Positions 45,639 through 58,065 are shown, numbered from the whole stretch's first letter. The stretch: DNA of 62,913 bases, filler included, from Olpidium bornovanus S191 (GCA_017911155.1; 30 parts of 30 records of this genome joined end to end with filler, not necessarily neighbours in it); one strand, 5' to 3'. Numbers and translations: made by a program. Notes: generated from the sequence alone by a model not told the origin.

Positions 45639-47639
45639 CATGGAGGGCAAGGAGGTTGCGTGCCTTCGGTACGAGACATACAAACTTGATGCGGGCAACT
45701 ACCCCGGCTACGATGCCTCCATTCATCTCCGCGCCGGCACCGTACGCCTGACGTTCCTGGAGAAGGCGGTTCAGGAGTTGCTGGAGTTCTCGAGCCGGTT
45801 TACGGCAATGCATTCGCTGTTTGAAAAGGCGCGCAAGGCTGCCGCGGAGTCCGCGGCCCAGCTGTCCGAGAGGGCCACCAGGCTCCACTTTGACGTCGCC
45901 ATCGACTCGCCCGTGGTCGTGGTGCCGCGCAACGCCTACTCCACGGACGTCCTAACGGCAAATCTTGGTTGCTTGAAGGTTTCGAACGTATTCAAGCCGC
46001 TTGCCACGGAACTGAGCGGCGTGGGCGGCGTGAACCCGGAGAACCAGGCCGTCCGCGACGCTTTTGTCGACGAGATATTCGTCCAGGTCAATGCAATCCG
46101 GCTCGAGTCGACGTTTCACGCACAGAAGGAGCGACAGTCTCAGATCATTCCCGATGTCGACATCGCCGTTAACATCGCATACTGCGAGCATATCCCAGGA
46201 GCCAAGCTACCGCAGTTGAAGGTGCGATTTCGACGTTTCGCACATTGGAACGTATTTCACTAGGTACTTGATCTCTGAATATTAGAATCCCCCCAGGTAT
46301 CTGGGAATGTCAAAGACATCAGCGTGAAGTTGACCGACAAGCAATATGCCATGTTGCTGGAAATCAGCCAGGTTGTCGGACGCGTTTTTGCCGAAAACGA
46401 GGAAGACGTGGATGGGAGGAGAAGTTCGAAAAAAGAACAAAACCAGATCTTACTGCTTCCCAGTGGAAATCAAGGAAAGGCCGTGCGCGTTAAAAGGCCA
46501 CCTAATCCAGCGGAAACTTGGTCTAAATTCGACCTGTCGTTTGCGCTGCCCTCCGTTAATCTCGAGCTATATCGCGGCGACGGCAGAGCGAAGAGCGTGT
46601 GCCTCGCCGAGACGTCGTTGGCTCGCTTCTGCCTGAATGGTGTGGCCCTTAGGCTTAATGTGAATTCTGAGAGCGCAGTGGAGCTTGAGTTCCAGATTCG
46701 GTCGGCCACTGTGACAGACACGCGGCCGGACCTCGAGAACAAGTTCAGGGAAATTATACCAGCGAGCTCGTCCGACGACGACCAGTTTATGGTGCGCTAC
46801 AGCAGCACGCCAAGGCAGGGCGCAGTAGCGGTTGTCACCGTGGACAGCCCGAAGGTCATTTTCGTTTTTGACCACCTTGTGGCGCTTCAACAGTTCGTGC
46901 TTGATCCGCTGGTCGCTTCCGATCAGGCGATAGCACGGCCTGCGGCGGAAGACTCCGCGGATCCGCGATCGGGCGCCCGCGCGACCGGCTCCGCGGCCAA
47001 ACCCAAAGAAGTGGCGACGTTGGAAGAGGACAGAGAGAAACAAGAGCTTAATTTCCGCGTCAACATCATTGACGCCGAACTCATTGTCCTGGATGACTCT
47101 CACAGCGCATCGTCAGAGGCCATCTACCTCGCCGCCAAGCAGGTCGTTCTCGCGCAGCAGGGCGTGTTATCCCTCACGGTGGACCAGATCGGACTGTTTT
47201 TGTGCCGCATGGACCGCAGGGCAGACACGACCCTCCGGCTTATCGACAATTTTGACATTGTCCTCAGCTTGGATAACAAGGGTCGCGCGGGTCTGAGCCT
47301 CACGAGCATTGCCGTTGACATGAAGCCCATTGTAATCAGGGTGTCGTTTCGAGATGCGTTGCTGGCCATGGGCATTTTGGCGAAGGCCAACGAGCTCCGA
47401 GCGAAAGGCGCCGCCGGCGCGGGTGCAAATCAGAAAACCACGGACGCGACTTCTGGGAATATCCTCTCTTCGCTGGAAAATATCCAAGCGCCGGCTAACC
47501 CGACCATCGTGACAATGCGAGAATCGGTATGCGCACGTGAATCGCACTGTCCTCATAGCGCAACGGCTTTTGACTTATTTGGATACTTGTTTTGTAAACC
47601 AGCTGAAGTTGGGGGTTCAAGGCCTCCAGTTAATCATGA
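45639..47639 (+). CDS. VPS13: Vps13 lipid-transfer protein, internal exons
   Basis: LRYETY...YPGYDASIHLRAG...ARKAAAESAAQL...LHFDVAIDSPVVVVPR...LTANLG; VTVDSPKVIFVFDHL; LNFRVNIIDAELIVLDD...SEAIYL; RLIDNFDIVLSLD; PIVIRVSFRD. Confidence 0.9.
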
Positions 47640-47739
47640 NNNNNNNNNNNNNNNNNNNNNNNNNNNNNNNNNNNNNNNNNNNNTTAATTAATTAANNNNN
47701 NNNNNNNNNNNNNNNNNNNNNNNNNNNNNNNNNNNNNNN

Positions 47740-48850
47740 CATGAAGCGGCGCAATTTCCATTACTTCGGCGAGACGGCCCTCTGCATGGTCATCGGTGCG
47801 TGCCCGTCTGCAGCGGCGTGCGCACCCCCGGACGCCGACCTCGGGGGAAAAAAAAGTTCCGAGCCTGACAAAAGCCCCCACTCCCCGCTCCCCGCTCGTC
47901 GGGCGCAGGCCTGACTTTGGGCCTCTTGTTCAGGTGGTTCACGCATTCCGACCTTAATGAGAACATCCTGGACAAGGACATCCAGCTGTCCGCCAACTTT
48001 TTCTACATGGTCCTCCTTCCGCCGATTATCTTCGAGGTTCGTCGCGTTCCGCCATCCCCGCCCTCCCGGATGCCGCAGAAAAAAAAAAAAAATAAAAAAT
48101 AAAAAGCGTCCCCTCCCGCGGATTTACCAAAAACGAAAGGCGCCTCTCGTCTTTTTCCCCTCCCCCCCTCCCGACGTCCGATCCCTTTCGCCCCTCCCGC
48201 TCCGCTCCAAAAAAAAAAAACCAACCAACGTAGGCGGCGTTCACGCTCCAGCGGATGACATTCTTCAAGAACATCCTGGTCATCCTCTCGTTGGCGTTCA
48301 TCGGCGGGGTCTACTCCGCCATCTTCGTGTCGGGGCTGATGTGGCTGTTCACGAGGTTCCTGCCCTACAAGCTGACCATGGTGGAGTCGCTGGTGTACGG
48401 GTCGCTGATATCGTCCACCGACCCGGTCACGATCCTGGCGATGCTCCCCTCCTCGGTGGACAAGAAGCTCTACATGCTCATCTTCGGCGAGTCGGCACTT
48501 AACGACGCCGTCGCCATCATCCTGTACCGGTTCTTCACCGAGCTGGCCGACCCCACCGTCCCGCTGGGGTTCTCGGCGCTGCTGACCTCCGCGCTGAGCT
48601 CGATCGCGGTTTTCGTCGGCTCCTTCGCCGTCGGCGTCGTCGTCGCGCTGGCCTTCGCCCTCCTGACCAAATACGTGAAGATGCCCGACGGGTCGGTGTA
48701 CGAGCTCGCGATGCTGATGATCTTCGCGTACATGAGCTACCTGATGGCGGAGCTCTTCCACTTGACCGGCATCGTGTCCATCTTCTTCTGCGGGTCCGCA
48801 ATGTCGCATTACGCATACAACAACCTCTCGGAAGTCACCATCCTTTCGGC
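47740..48850 (+). CDS. CPA1-family Na+(K+)/H+ exchanger (Nhx1/NHE8-like), partial
   Basis: FHYFGETALCMVIG; FFYMVLLPPIIFE; GSLISSTDPVTILA; LIFGESALNDAVAIIL; YMSYLMAELFHLTGIVSIFFCG..MSHYAYNNLS. Confidence 0.92.
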
Positions 48851-49808
48851 NNNNNNNNNNNNNNNNNNNNNNNNNNNNNNNNNNNNNNNNNNNNTTAATT
48901 AATTAANNNNNNNNNNNNNNNNNNNNNNNNNNNNNNNNNNNNNNNNNNNNGGGGGGGGTTGTCGTTCCGGGCGGCGGGGGTGGGATTCGAACAAGAGCGT
49001 CTCTCGCACGGCGAGCGGGAGGCGTGGAGTGAGAAATGGGGGGGGGGAAGACAAATCCCGCGGACGGGTGCGCCCATCAGAACAACTCTAACTCGGGGTC
49101 TCCCTCCCTCCAAAAGAATTGCGGAACCTCTCGCCTCGTTTGGTCTCGTTCGCTGGAGCGGCCGTCCCCCGAACGGGGAAAAAAAAAAAAAAAGGGTGCG
49201 TGCGCGGGTGCGGTGCACGGGTGCGGTGCGCGCGCGCGGGTGGGCGCGTGGCGGCGGGAGGAAGGGGGTGTTGAGACGTAGCTCCATACAAACCGGAAAT
49301 CTTAATAGGATACTTTTTACTTTAAAATTATATTATTAGGGTGTCAAAAAGGGCTCACGAGGTATCAGGGGGTGGGGGGGTGACGACGTGTGCGTGACGT
49401 CATTTCGCCGTGCGGAAAACGCACCAACGGGAGCAGAGCGCCGGCGGGGAAAAATCCCCGAGAGGCCCGACCCGGTTGCGCCGCGCGCGTCCCCGCAGCA
49501 ATGCGCACCGGGAAGGCGAGAACGAGAGAGAGAGAAGAGAAGGAGAGAGGAGCCAGAACCAGAGCTGAGAGAGAGAGAGAGAGAGAGCGAGAGAAAGAGC
49601 GAGAGTGAGAACCCCCCGGCGCCCTTCCCTTTTCCTCGCTCGCTTCCTCGCCCATCAAATCCCGCCGCGCGCCGCTCACGCCCCACCGCGTCCGATCCTT
49701 CCGCGACGGCTCTCTTTAGTGGAAAAAAAAAAAGAGAGACAGCGCCGTCCCCCGAACTCCGGGAGGGAAAAAAAGAGCCGGGCGCGCGAAGACGGTCGAA
49801 AACGAAAG

Positions 49809-50606
49809 ATGGCTGGCGCCGCCCCGGGCGGGGGCGGGGAGCGCGCCGGGGCCCGCGAGGAGCGGGCGGCGGGCGGCGGCGGCGGCGGCGCGGCCGGCCT
49901 CGGAGCGCCCGCGGGCGACGCGTCCGCCGGCGGCGGAGGCGGCGGCGGGCGGGCGGGATTTGCGGCGGCCGCGGGGCGGTTCGCCGCGTTGGCCGGGGAC
50001 GCCGCCGCAGCCGTCAGGCGCGCGGCTGCCGGCAGCCTTGCGCCGGCGCCGGCGCCGGCCGGAAGGCGCGGCGCGGGCCCGCCGCCGGCCGCGGTTCTCG
50101 CCGGCAGGGCGCGCGCGGCGGCGCTGGCGGCGAAGGAGTACGTGGCGGAGACCGTCCGCGGCGCGCGGAACAAGCTCGGCGGGATCGCGCAGGGCGCCGC
50201 GGGACGCGCCCCGCGCCGCGGGGAGGCCGGCGCCGCCGCTGGTGCCGCGGGTGGGGAGGCCGTCCCGGCGGCCTCGGGAGCCGCTGCGGCGGAGGAAAAT
50301 GGGGAGAAGGAGAAGGAGGAGTTGGAGGAGGAGCGGACCGCGGATCGCGCGCGCGCGGCGGAGGGCGGCGTCGCCAGGGGCGAAGCGGCCGGCGCCGCGG
50401 CCGCCGGGTCCGCCGGATTGACCGTCGCCGGCGTCGCCGGCAGGATCGGAAAGGCGGCGCACCGGGTGTACGACAATCTGTCCGGGCGGACGCTGACCGA
50501 GAAGCGCGGAGGCGAGCCTCTGCTGCCTAAAGAGGACGCGGCCGTCTCCGTCGACCCGGACCAGAGCCTCGCCGTCGCCACTCGGCAGCTCCAACCCACC
50601 CCGTGA
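49809..50606 (+). CDS. Ala/Gly-rich hypothetical protein
   Basis: Intronless ORF starting at aaagATGG after an A-rich leader; contains the amphipathic-looking stretch AAKEYVAETVRGARNKLGGIAQ and an acidic EEEE patch. Confidence 0.5.
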   Translation: MAGAAPGGGGERAGAREERAAGGGGGGAAGLGAPAGDASAGGGGGGGRAGFAAAAGRFAALAGDAAAAVRRAAAGSLAPAPAPAGRRGAGPPPAAVLAGRARAAALAAKEYVAETVRGARNKLGGIAQGAAGRAPRRGEAGAAAGAAGGEAVPAASGAAAAEENGEKEKEELEEERTADRARAAEGGVARGEAAGAAAAGSAGLTVAGVAGRIGKAAHRVYDNLSGRTLTEKRGGEPLLPKEDAAVSVDPDQSLAVATRQLQPTP

Positions 50607-50661
50607 AGCGCTCCGTTCGACCGGGGGCGTTGTTACGCCCCGTTTACCGTGCCTCCCTCAC

Positions 50662-50694
<33 letters not shown>

Positions 50695-50949
50695 TCTTTT
50701 CCCCCCCCCCCANNNNNNNNNNNNNNNNNNNNNNNNNNNNNNNNNNNNNNNNNNNNTTAATTAATTAANNNNNNNNNNNNNNNNNNNNNNNNNNNNNNNN
50801 NNNNNNNNNNNNCATGGCGGACGCGTCGTCCATTTCAGGAGCCTCTGTCGTGTCAGCGCCAAATGTTGGAGACGTCGCTACTGCCACCAAAGGACCCAAA
50901 AGACGGTCGGCGATCTGGTGTTTTTTCGAAGAGCTCCCTGGAAAAAAAG

Positions 50950-51931
50950 TCCGTTTCCGCCGGGCGTCGCTTGCGCCATGACCGCCGGGCGCCCCGGCGA
51001 GGAGCCGCGGAGGAGCCGCGAGAAAAAGCCGTTGGCGGGAGGCGCCACGCCCAGCGCGAGAAGCTTGCGCAGGTCTTCCGGGTCGAGCCCGGCTGCCTCT
51101 TTGCCTCCGCCACGTGCTCGACCTTTCTCGCCTGTATCCGGTGCAGGATGCTGCCGTTCGCCAGATCCGGCGCCGCGGCCGGCGTCAAGCTTTCCGGTCT
51201 CCCCCGGTCCCCGGCGGCTGCCGTGTCCCGGAGCTTCCGTCGACGGGGACGTCCTTCGGCAAGGGGAAAAGCGGCGGCGGCGGCACCGGCGCGCCGTCTT
51301 CCTCCTCCTCCGCCGCCGAGCCGCCAAGGCCGAAGCCGGGGTTCTCGTCCCAGCGGCCCCCGCGGAGCCTCAAGAAGTTCGCGAAGATGGGGAGCCCGCA
51401 CCCAATGATGATGCTCTCCGGGTGGACCTGCACGCCGGCGACGGTCAGATGGCGGTGGCGGACGCCCTGGATCACGCCGGACTTCGTCCAGCTCGTGACC
51501 TCGAGGGCCGGCGGCACGGTGGCGGGCGCGGCGGCCAGGGAGTGGTAGCGGGTGGCGAGGAAGCCCTGCGGCACGCCGCGGTAGATGCCCCTCCCGTCGT
51601 GGCACACGCGGGAGGTCTTGCCGTGCATGATTTCTCCCGCGCCGGCGACCTTCCCGCCGTAGAGCTCGAAGATGCACTGCTCGCCGAGGCACACGCCGAG
51701 CACGGGCACCTTCCCGGCGAAGTGGCGGACGGCGTCGGCCGACACGCCGGTCGTCCGGGCCGGGTGGCCGGGGCCGGGCGACACGGCGAGGTTCACGGGC
51801 GCGAGGGCCTGCAAGTCGGCGAGCAAGGCCTCGTCGTTCCTGCGCACCACGACGCGGGCGCCCAGGCTCTCGAGAGACTGGTACACGTTCCAGGTGAACG
51901 AGTCGTAGTTGTCGATGAGCACGGTCGTCAT
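50950..51931 (-). pseudogene. TRP1: Frameshifted trifunctional Trp1 copy (TrpG glutamine amidotransferase plus start of IGPS)
   Basis: MTTVLIDNYDSFTWNVYQ, SPGPGHP, GVCLGEQC, RYHSL, GVQVHPES (normally FHPES). Frameshift near 51195 to SILHRIQARK..VAEAKRQPG; second frameshift near 51090 to PEDLRKLLALGVAPP..FFSRL; then the AEVKRASPSKG motif is broken. Confidence 0.8.
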
Positions 51932-52124
51932 GATTTTTTTTTTTTTGTTTCGTTTTTCCGGCGCGCGGCGGGCACAAGTGTTTTTTATTTTTGTTTGGTT
52001 TTCTTTTTTTCTCCTTGTGGTTAAGGGAGAAAGAAAGAAAGGGGCCAGGCAAAGCTCGAGGGAGCGCGCGGAGGGCGAGAGAAGGAAGGGAGAAAGGGCG
52101 AGAGACGGCGGGAGTACGGAAGCT

Positions 52125-52760
52125 GACGACGGTGTAATTCGAAGATTCATCAGTGAATGTGAGGAAATATTTTGATCCGTCTCTTGCAGTTGTTAGAGGC
52201 CCACAGAGATCTGATGATACAATCGACAAAGCCTTCAGGGTCTTACAGTTTCTCTTTTCCTTCAAGAATGGTTGCCTGGTCTGTTTGGCTCTCTGACACC
52301 ATTCGCATTGTTCCTCTTTAGGAGATAGCGACGATGTCTTTTCTATGCCCAAAACAGCTCCAGTCCTCTGCATTCCAGCCAGAGTAGACGCTTCAGTATG
52401 TCCAAGACGATAATGCCATTGCAAAGAGGATCCCTTAATAATTTTGATGGCATTGGCCTGTTCTTGATCATCTTCAAGACTTGTAATAATGTACAGGTTC
52501 TTCTGCCGGCGAGCATGTATCTTTTCCATCTGTGAGGAATGCTCCAAAGTGATGCCACTCTTAGAGTTTGTAAATGAGAAACCATCTTGCTCTGCTTGCC
52601 CATATGAATTCAAATTTCGTTTCAAACCCAGGACATACAGGACCTTCTCAAGATGAAGAATTTCATCCACAGTCTTGATTTTCACAGGTCCTTCTCCTTC
52701 AGCTTCCAGCTGATTGTCATTGTTGCGATTAGCATCTATATGCGCTGCGCAACCATGGTC
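52125..52760 (-). mobile_element. Ty1/copia protease tail, GAG-pre-integrase and truncated integrase
   Basis: LEAEGEGPVKI...KVLYVLGLKRNL; WHYRLGH...CEWCQRAKQTRQPF (HHCC); IVSSDLCGP...GSKYFLTFTDESSNYT. The sequence then switches abruptly to the TRP1 leader. Confidence 0.93.
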
Positions 52761-53687
52761 ATGCTGGAGGCGTTTTATGTATTAAGTGTTATGTTTTTTG
52801 CTTCCCTGATCCCCTCGGTCTGTTTTTCCCACCATTCTGATTGGCGGTTATTGGGCGAATTATCATAGCTACCATTGGTTACCACTGCATTGGCAAACAG
52901 GGGGGACGGGGGCGCATCCGAACGCGTAAATCTGAGAAGCCTCGGTTTTTTTTCTGAACTTCTCCCCGCTGTATCTCGGCCCCCACCACTCCGATTTCCA
53001 CGAAACGTATATCAAACAAAAACCCCTGACGAGCTCTATTGGCCCGTCATCTTCGTTTGGCGCTCCATCACCGTTAGAAGGAGAAATCATAGGAACAGTC
53101 AATTTGGAGACTGTTTTGGGGGCGGCACTGGGCATTTTTCAAGGCCTTGGTCGCACGCGAATTCTCAACCGATCGGTGTGAAATTTGGCAAGCGGAGAGG
53201 CAACGTCTCGGCGTAACCGCTGCAAGTGACAGAACAGGAATCAGCGGTCTGACGACCGAGAACGAACGGATTTTGCACCAGAACCGGCTTCACAAGCTCA
53301 ACGCTAATATTGAACGTTTCCGCATGTTGACGGACACATACTGAGCCATTCACCGTCATACTTTGGAACAACGTAACCTAGGACTCGGCGCATACGCTTG
53401 CCAAACCGGTTGGCAATAGCTTTCGTGTTCATCGAGAACGAAGCACTTCTGTTCAGGCAATCGGTAATTTTTAGGAATCACGAAAATGACGTTTTACGTG
53501 ATTACTCAACCGGGACTACTTCGATTGCTCGGCGTGCTTCATCATACCAAACGGCATTGAAATACGTTGCGAACTCATCGAGAACCAAGCTGTTGATGTT
53601 TAAGGAAATTGCATACCTTCCTCTTGCAAGAGAAACGCTCACGACATTTTCAGACATCTCCACTGTTTTAATAACCGCTTTGCAAAA

Positions 53688-53855
53688 GGTTATGAGCCCA
53701 AGTGAGTCCAAGATGACATCCAAGAAACTTCCCATCTTTGAAGGCAAAGATTGGCGCGTCTGGAGCATCCAGGCGAAGGCTGTCCTTATGACCAAGAAGC
53801 TTTGGAGCAACACAAACAGGCGTCCATCGACTGAACAGGCGTCTTCTGAGACATG
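53688..53855 (+). mobile_element. Ty1/copia PBS and gag start
   Basis: GGTTATGAGCCC at 53688-53699, then MTSKKLPIFEGKDWRVWSIQAKAVLMTKKLW (copia F.G.NY..W...M...L....LW motif). Confidence 0.88.
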
Positions 53856-55971
53856 NNNNNNNNNNNNNNNNNNNNNNNNNNNNNNNNNNNNNNNNNNNNT
53901 TAATTAATTAANNNNNNNNNNNNNNNNNNNNNNNNNNNNNNNNNNNNNNNNNNNNCCCAGCCGAGATCGTATAATATTTCGGGGCGAACATTTTGCCAGC
54001 CAGTGGGGATACCAAACAAAACGCGGCCGGGAAGGCAGTGTGCAAAGCGACAGAACGGGAACGCGGAAGCAAATCACAAAAAAAAAAAATAAAATAAAAA
54101 AAATCGGCTTCGCCGCCATCCGGCAAAACGGGCCCGGCCCCGGGTCCCGTCTTTTTTATCGGTGAGTTCGCGTTCTCGCCCGTCCGTCTCTCTCTTTCCC
54201 TCTCTTCGCAGGAGCTCCTTTTCATCCGGCCTTTCTTTTACTTCGCCCGAAAACTCGTTCCGGCGGTCCGCCCTCTCTCTCTCCAGCAAACGACGCCCGA
54301 TAACATCCCCTTGACGACGACCGGGAATTTTTTTTTTTGCCTCCCCCCCTTTTCCCCCCCGTGCTTTCCCCGCCATACTCGACCGAGATCCATTTCATCT
54401 GCGGCTTTCCCCGGAGATCGCTTGCGCCCCATTTCGCAAGGCAGGCAGCGCCGCCGGCGAGTGAAAACTCCACTTTATCGCTTTTTCCGGACAACGTTGC
54501 TCCCCACACCCCCTCGACCACGCCAAAAGCGCGACGGGGCCCAGCTTTTCCTTGCGCCCGGCTCGCCGGGTTAGGTCAGCGATTTTCTGGGTCAAAAGAA
54601 CAAAAAAAAAAAACGTAAAACAAAAGTTGAATAAAATATGAACAAATAAACGAAAAAAAAAAAGAAAAAAAAGAAAAAAAGGCAGGCCTAAAATAGTCGG
54701 AAAAAAAAACGTGGGCGGCCGCTTGTCCGGAATCCGAATCGGGCGCATACGGACGCACTCCACTGCTGCCCGTCGCCAACAGACCAAAGGGCCGGCAGAA
54801 TGCTCGTGCGGGAACTTTGTCTAGACGGCCTACATACGACACTGGGGTCGCGGCCGGCCAAACCGCTATTTTTTTTTATTTTATTTTATTTTTTTTTTTT
54901 TTTTTTGGTACCGCCGCAGGTGTGCCTTTTTTTGTTACTTTTTTGTTTTGTTTTTTTTTTTTCTTTTTTAGTTTTTTTCAGAAGAAAAGTAAAGCGGGCG
55001 ACGTGTGGGGGAAGAGGGCGCGGGGTGTGTCGTGTCGGTGTTGCCGAGTGGGGTGCCTGACGCGTCTCGGATTTCCAAATCCATTAATTATACACTCCGG
55101 TAATTGTATTATTTCCCGCGGGTGGGAGGGGAGGAGGACGGGGGAAGGGACGTGCTCGCCAAATACGCCGGAAAAAAAAAAGAAAAAAAAAACAAACGCG
55201 TGCCGGACTTCCAACACGCGCCTGCGCTCGCACAACACCTGGTAAAAACCAAAACCAAAAAAAAATAAAAAAAATAAATATTATAAAACTTTTAAAAATA
55301 TAAAAAAAGAAGACAAAAGTTTGATCACACCCCCGTCGGTTCTTTTTTTTTGTTTGGGCGGCCCGAGCGACCTGACGCGCGTGCGGGAGGAGGCGTGGCC
55401 AATCGGAACACCGGCCGAGGCACCTCCAAAAAATGGAAAAAAAAAGAGCGCAGCGCACACCGCACCACGCAGCCCTTTCCCCGATTTTGTCACCACGCAG
55501 CCCTTTCCCCGATTTTGTCGGGAAAAGGAGGCGGCGGCGGCGCTGCGGGAAGGGTCACCGAGGGCGTTTTTCTCCTTGCAACGCAGTATCTCGCGAAAAT
55601 TCTCCGTCTTGATGACCCTTCCCCTCCCGCCGGTTTCCCCCCTTTTCCCGTCGATAAAGGCAAATCCGACAGGCCTGTGGGGGGAGGCGGGGGGTCGGGA
55701 AGCAGCTAAAAAAAAAAATCTTATGCGGATCCCCGCCGAACCACACGGGCCCCAAAAAATCAAAAAGCTAAACAGCGCTCTCGCCTGTGCACGAAGCCTC
55801 CCAATGCGCAGGGTGGAGGGTGGGGGGTGGGGGGACGGGGTAAGGACTAGCTCGTGAAGCAGGAAGAGAAGATCGCGGGCGAGGTCGGGTCGGGGGGGAA
55901 GAAGGGGGGAAGGGTGAGTGGAAATTGACGCGACAACGGGCACGGGCGGGCGTTGGGGGGCCCCGCTCCCT

Positions 55972-56279
55972 TCAGTACCCGGCGTTCGTCCTCGAGCTCC
56001 TGGTCACGGGGGCGATCCGCGTCATGCTCTTAGCGGCGGAACGCGCGGCGGCCGCGCGGGCTCCCCCGTAGGCGCCGTCGGCCCTGGCGGGCTGGGAGGA
56101 GGCGGGGGCGGCGGCGGCCAGCCTGCCCGCCGACCTGCGGCCGAGGTACCCGTTCGGCTTGCCGCCGCCGTCGCCGCCCGCCGCCCCCGGCGGCCCCGGG
56201 CGGAGGATCTCGCCGGTGATTGAAATGGCCCGCACGGGGCGCCTGCCGCCGCCGCCGCCGCCGCCTTTCGCCGGGTCCT

Positions 56280-56311
<32 letters not shown>

Positions 56312-56628
56312 TCGTCGTCGTCGGCGCCGCCGCCGCCGTCGTCCGAACCCCGCTGCCGCTGCCACCGCAGGCCGTACACCTTCCCTCCGACGGCGCTCCC
56401 CGAAACGGCGCGTCCGCCGTCGCCGCGCTCGCCAACGCGGCGAGAGTCCATGTCCAGGCCGCAGGGCATCGACGCGGCGGTGTACAGCGGCGATTCCCCC
56501 GACCGCGTGGTCTGCAACCGCTGCAGAGCCGCGTCGACGCCTTTGATGAACTGCTGCCGGAAAGCCCGCTGCTCCTCCTGCCGTTTGATGTCTTCCTCGG
56601 TCATGATGGGCGAGTAGGTGGAATGCGA
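55972..56628 (-). CDS. Hypothetical protein, probable last exon
   Basis: aaaag|LSHSTYSPIMTEEDIKRQEEQRAFRQQFIKGVDAALQRLQ..., then Gly/Glu-rich low complexity to a stop. Confidence 0.45.
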
Positions 56629-57008
56629 CAGCTTTTTCATATTTTTTTTTTATTTTTTTTTTTGGGGGGGGAAGGTATTTGCCGCGTCATTGGGGAAGGG
56701 GAAGGGGTGTTTGTGTGTGCGGGGGGAAATTTACCATTTTATTTTTCCGGAGGTGCCGGCATCAAACCAAAAAAAAAAAGAAAAAAAAATTAAAATTACG
56801 GAATTCGACTCCGGTTTCTCGGGGGCCNNNNNNNNNNNNNNNNNNNNNNNNNNNNNNNNNNNNNNNNNNNNTTAATTAATTAANNNNNNNNNNNNNNNNN
56901 NNNNNNNNNNNNNNNNNNNNNNNNNNNAATCCAAACCACCCTGTGGACAAGCCAGGAGCAAACCGCGGGAGAAAGAGCTTGGCACCCGCAGGAGGGGGCG
57001 GGATGACA

Positions 57009-58065
57009 CTAGGCTTTTGGTATGTTCCAAAGAGCGTCTGACCATGACGCGGTTCGGCACATTTTCACGAGCGCACCCGGGTCAATGGATGGTTGCAGTT
57101 CAAACAAACACCAACTGACCGCAGGCACAACGGTGGCATCAATTGAAGTACCATATCGCACCTTTCCGGCGGCCGGCAAGGCCCATGACACATAGAGCAA
57201 TTCCACCGCGTCCTGCAAACCATTGTCCACTATTGTCCGTGTGATGCAACCATTGGTGGTGATGTGGACGTATAACGGCCCGGGAGCCGACGTGTTGAAC
57301 GGCACGTACCACTCCCTGACGCCCAATGGAACATCTGGTGGCGTGCGGAGAGTAAGCTAGACTTGAGAGAGGGGCCCTCGCACCGTGTAACCATGTTCAT
57401 GTTGGCATGGGACATGCACAAAGCACGCAACCGGGCCAAAATTCCGCACAAGCAGATTCGAGTGCTGAGATCCTCACGTATACGTGTTTCATTTCCCACC
57501 TGTCTTCCATGTCTGGTAAACGGCAGAAACGTCCAATCTGCTGTCTTGACTAATTCTTACGTCCGGGTAGCCGCCAACATACGAGTACTCCGCCGCAGCC
57601 CTGTAGAGCGGCGTGCCACTCGCGACGTCTTGCATGCGCACCCGAAGAGTATACAGCGTGTTCGGTGCCAGCGAGGCGGCCTCGGGAGGGAAACCGGCCG
57701 CAGGGACCTCGGAAACGTGGTTCACCGTGTACGGCAAGTACGTCGAGGGCTCTCGGTACTCTACGGGCGCGACCACCCTGGAGGGGAGGGGGATGAAAGA
57801 GGCCGCTTGGATCAGCACCGGAACGTGTATACTCCCGCGATCCTGCGGAAGTTGGGGAGGAGAGGGGAAGATTTTTTCCTCCAAGTAGTGCCCAAATTTA
57901 TCTGTACCACTCCATGCGAGGACCGCCGAACGTTGTGTATCGCCCTTGACAAAATCCGAGGAGCGAGAGCGACACGGAAGCGGCCAACGCGAGCCGCCGA
58001 CCTGCGAACGGGCGTCGCAGCCTTTTCGGCTGCCGCCGGTCCCACATCGCCGGGTCACGGTCCAT
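57009..58065 (-). CDS. Hypothetical beta-rich, possibly secreted protein with an FN3-like strand motif, 3' partial
   Basis: N-terminal hydrophobic stretch RLALAASVSLSLLGFCQG; SLAPNTLYTLRVRM; further beta-rich exons (REWYVPFNTSAPGPLYVHITT, LLYVSWALP). Exon phases unresolved. Confidence 0.35.

Noticed and set aside
50853-52685. 610-aa ORF as a real integrase fusion protein
   Set aside because: After the integrase piece it reads TRP1 out of frame as Arg/Pro-rich nonsense. The open frame reflects high GC, although the DNA junction itself is reported as a finding.
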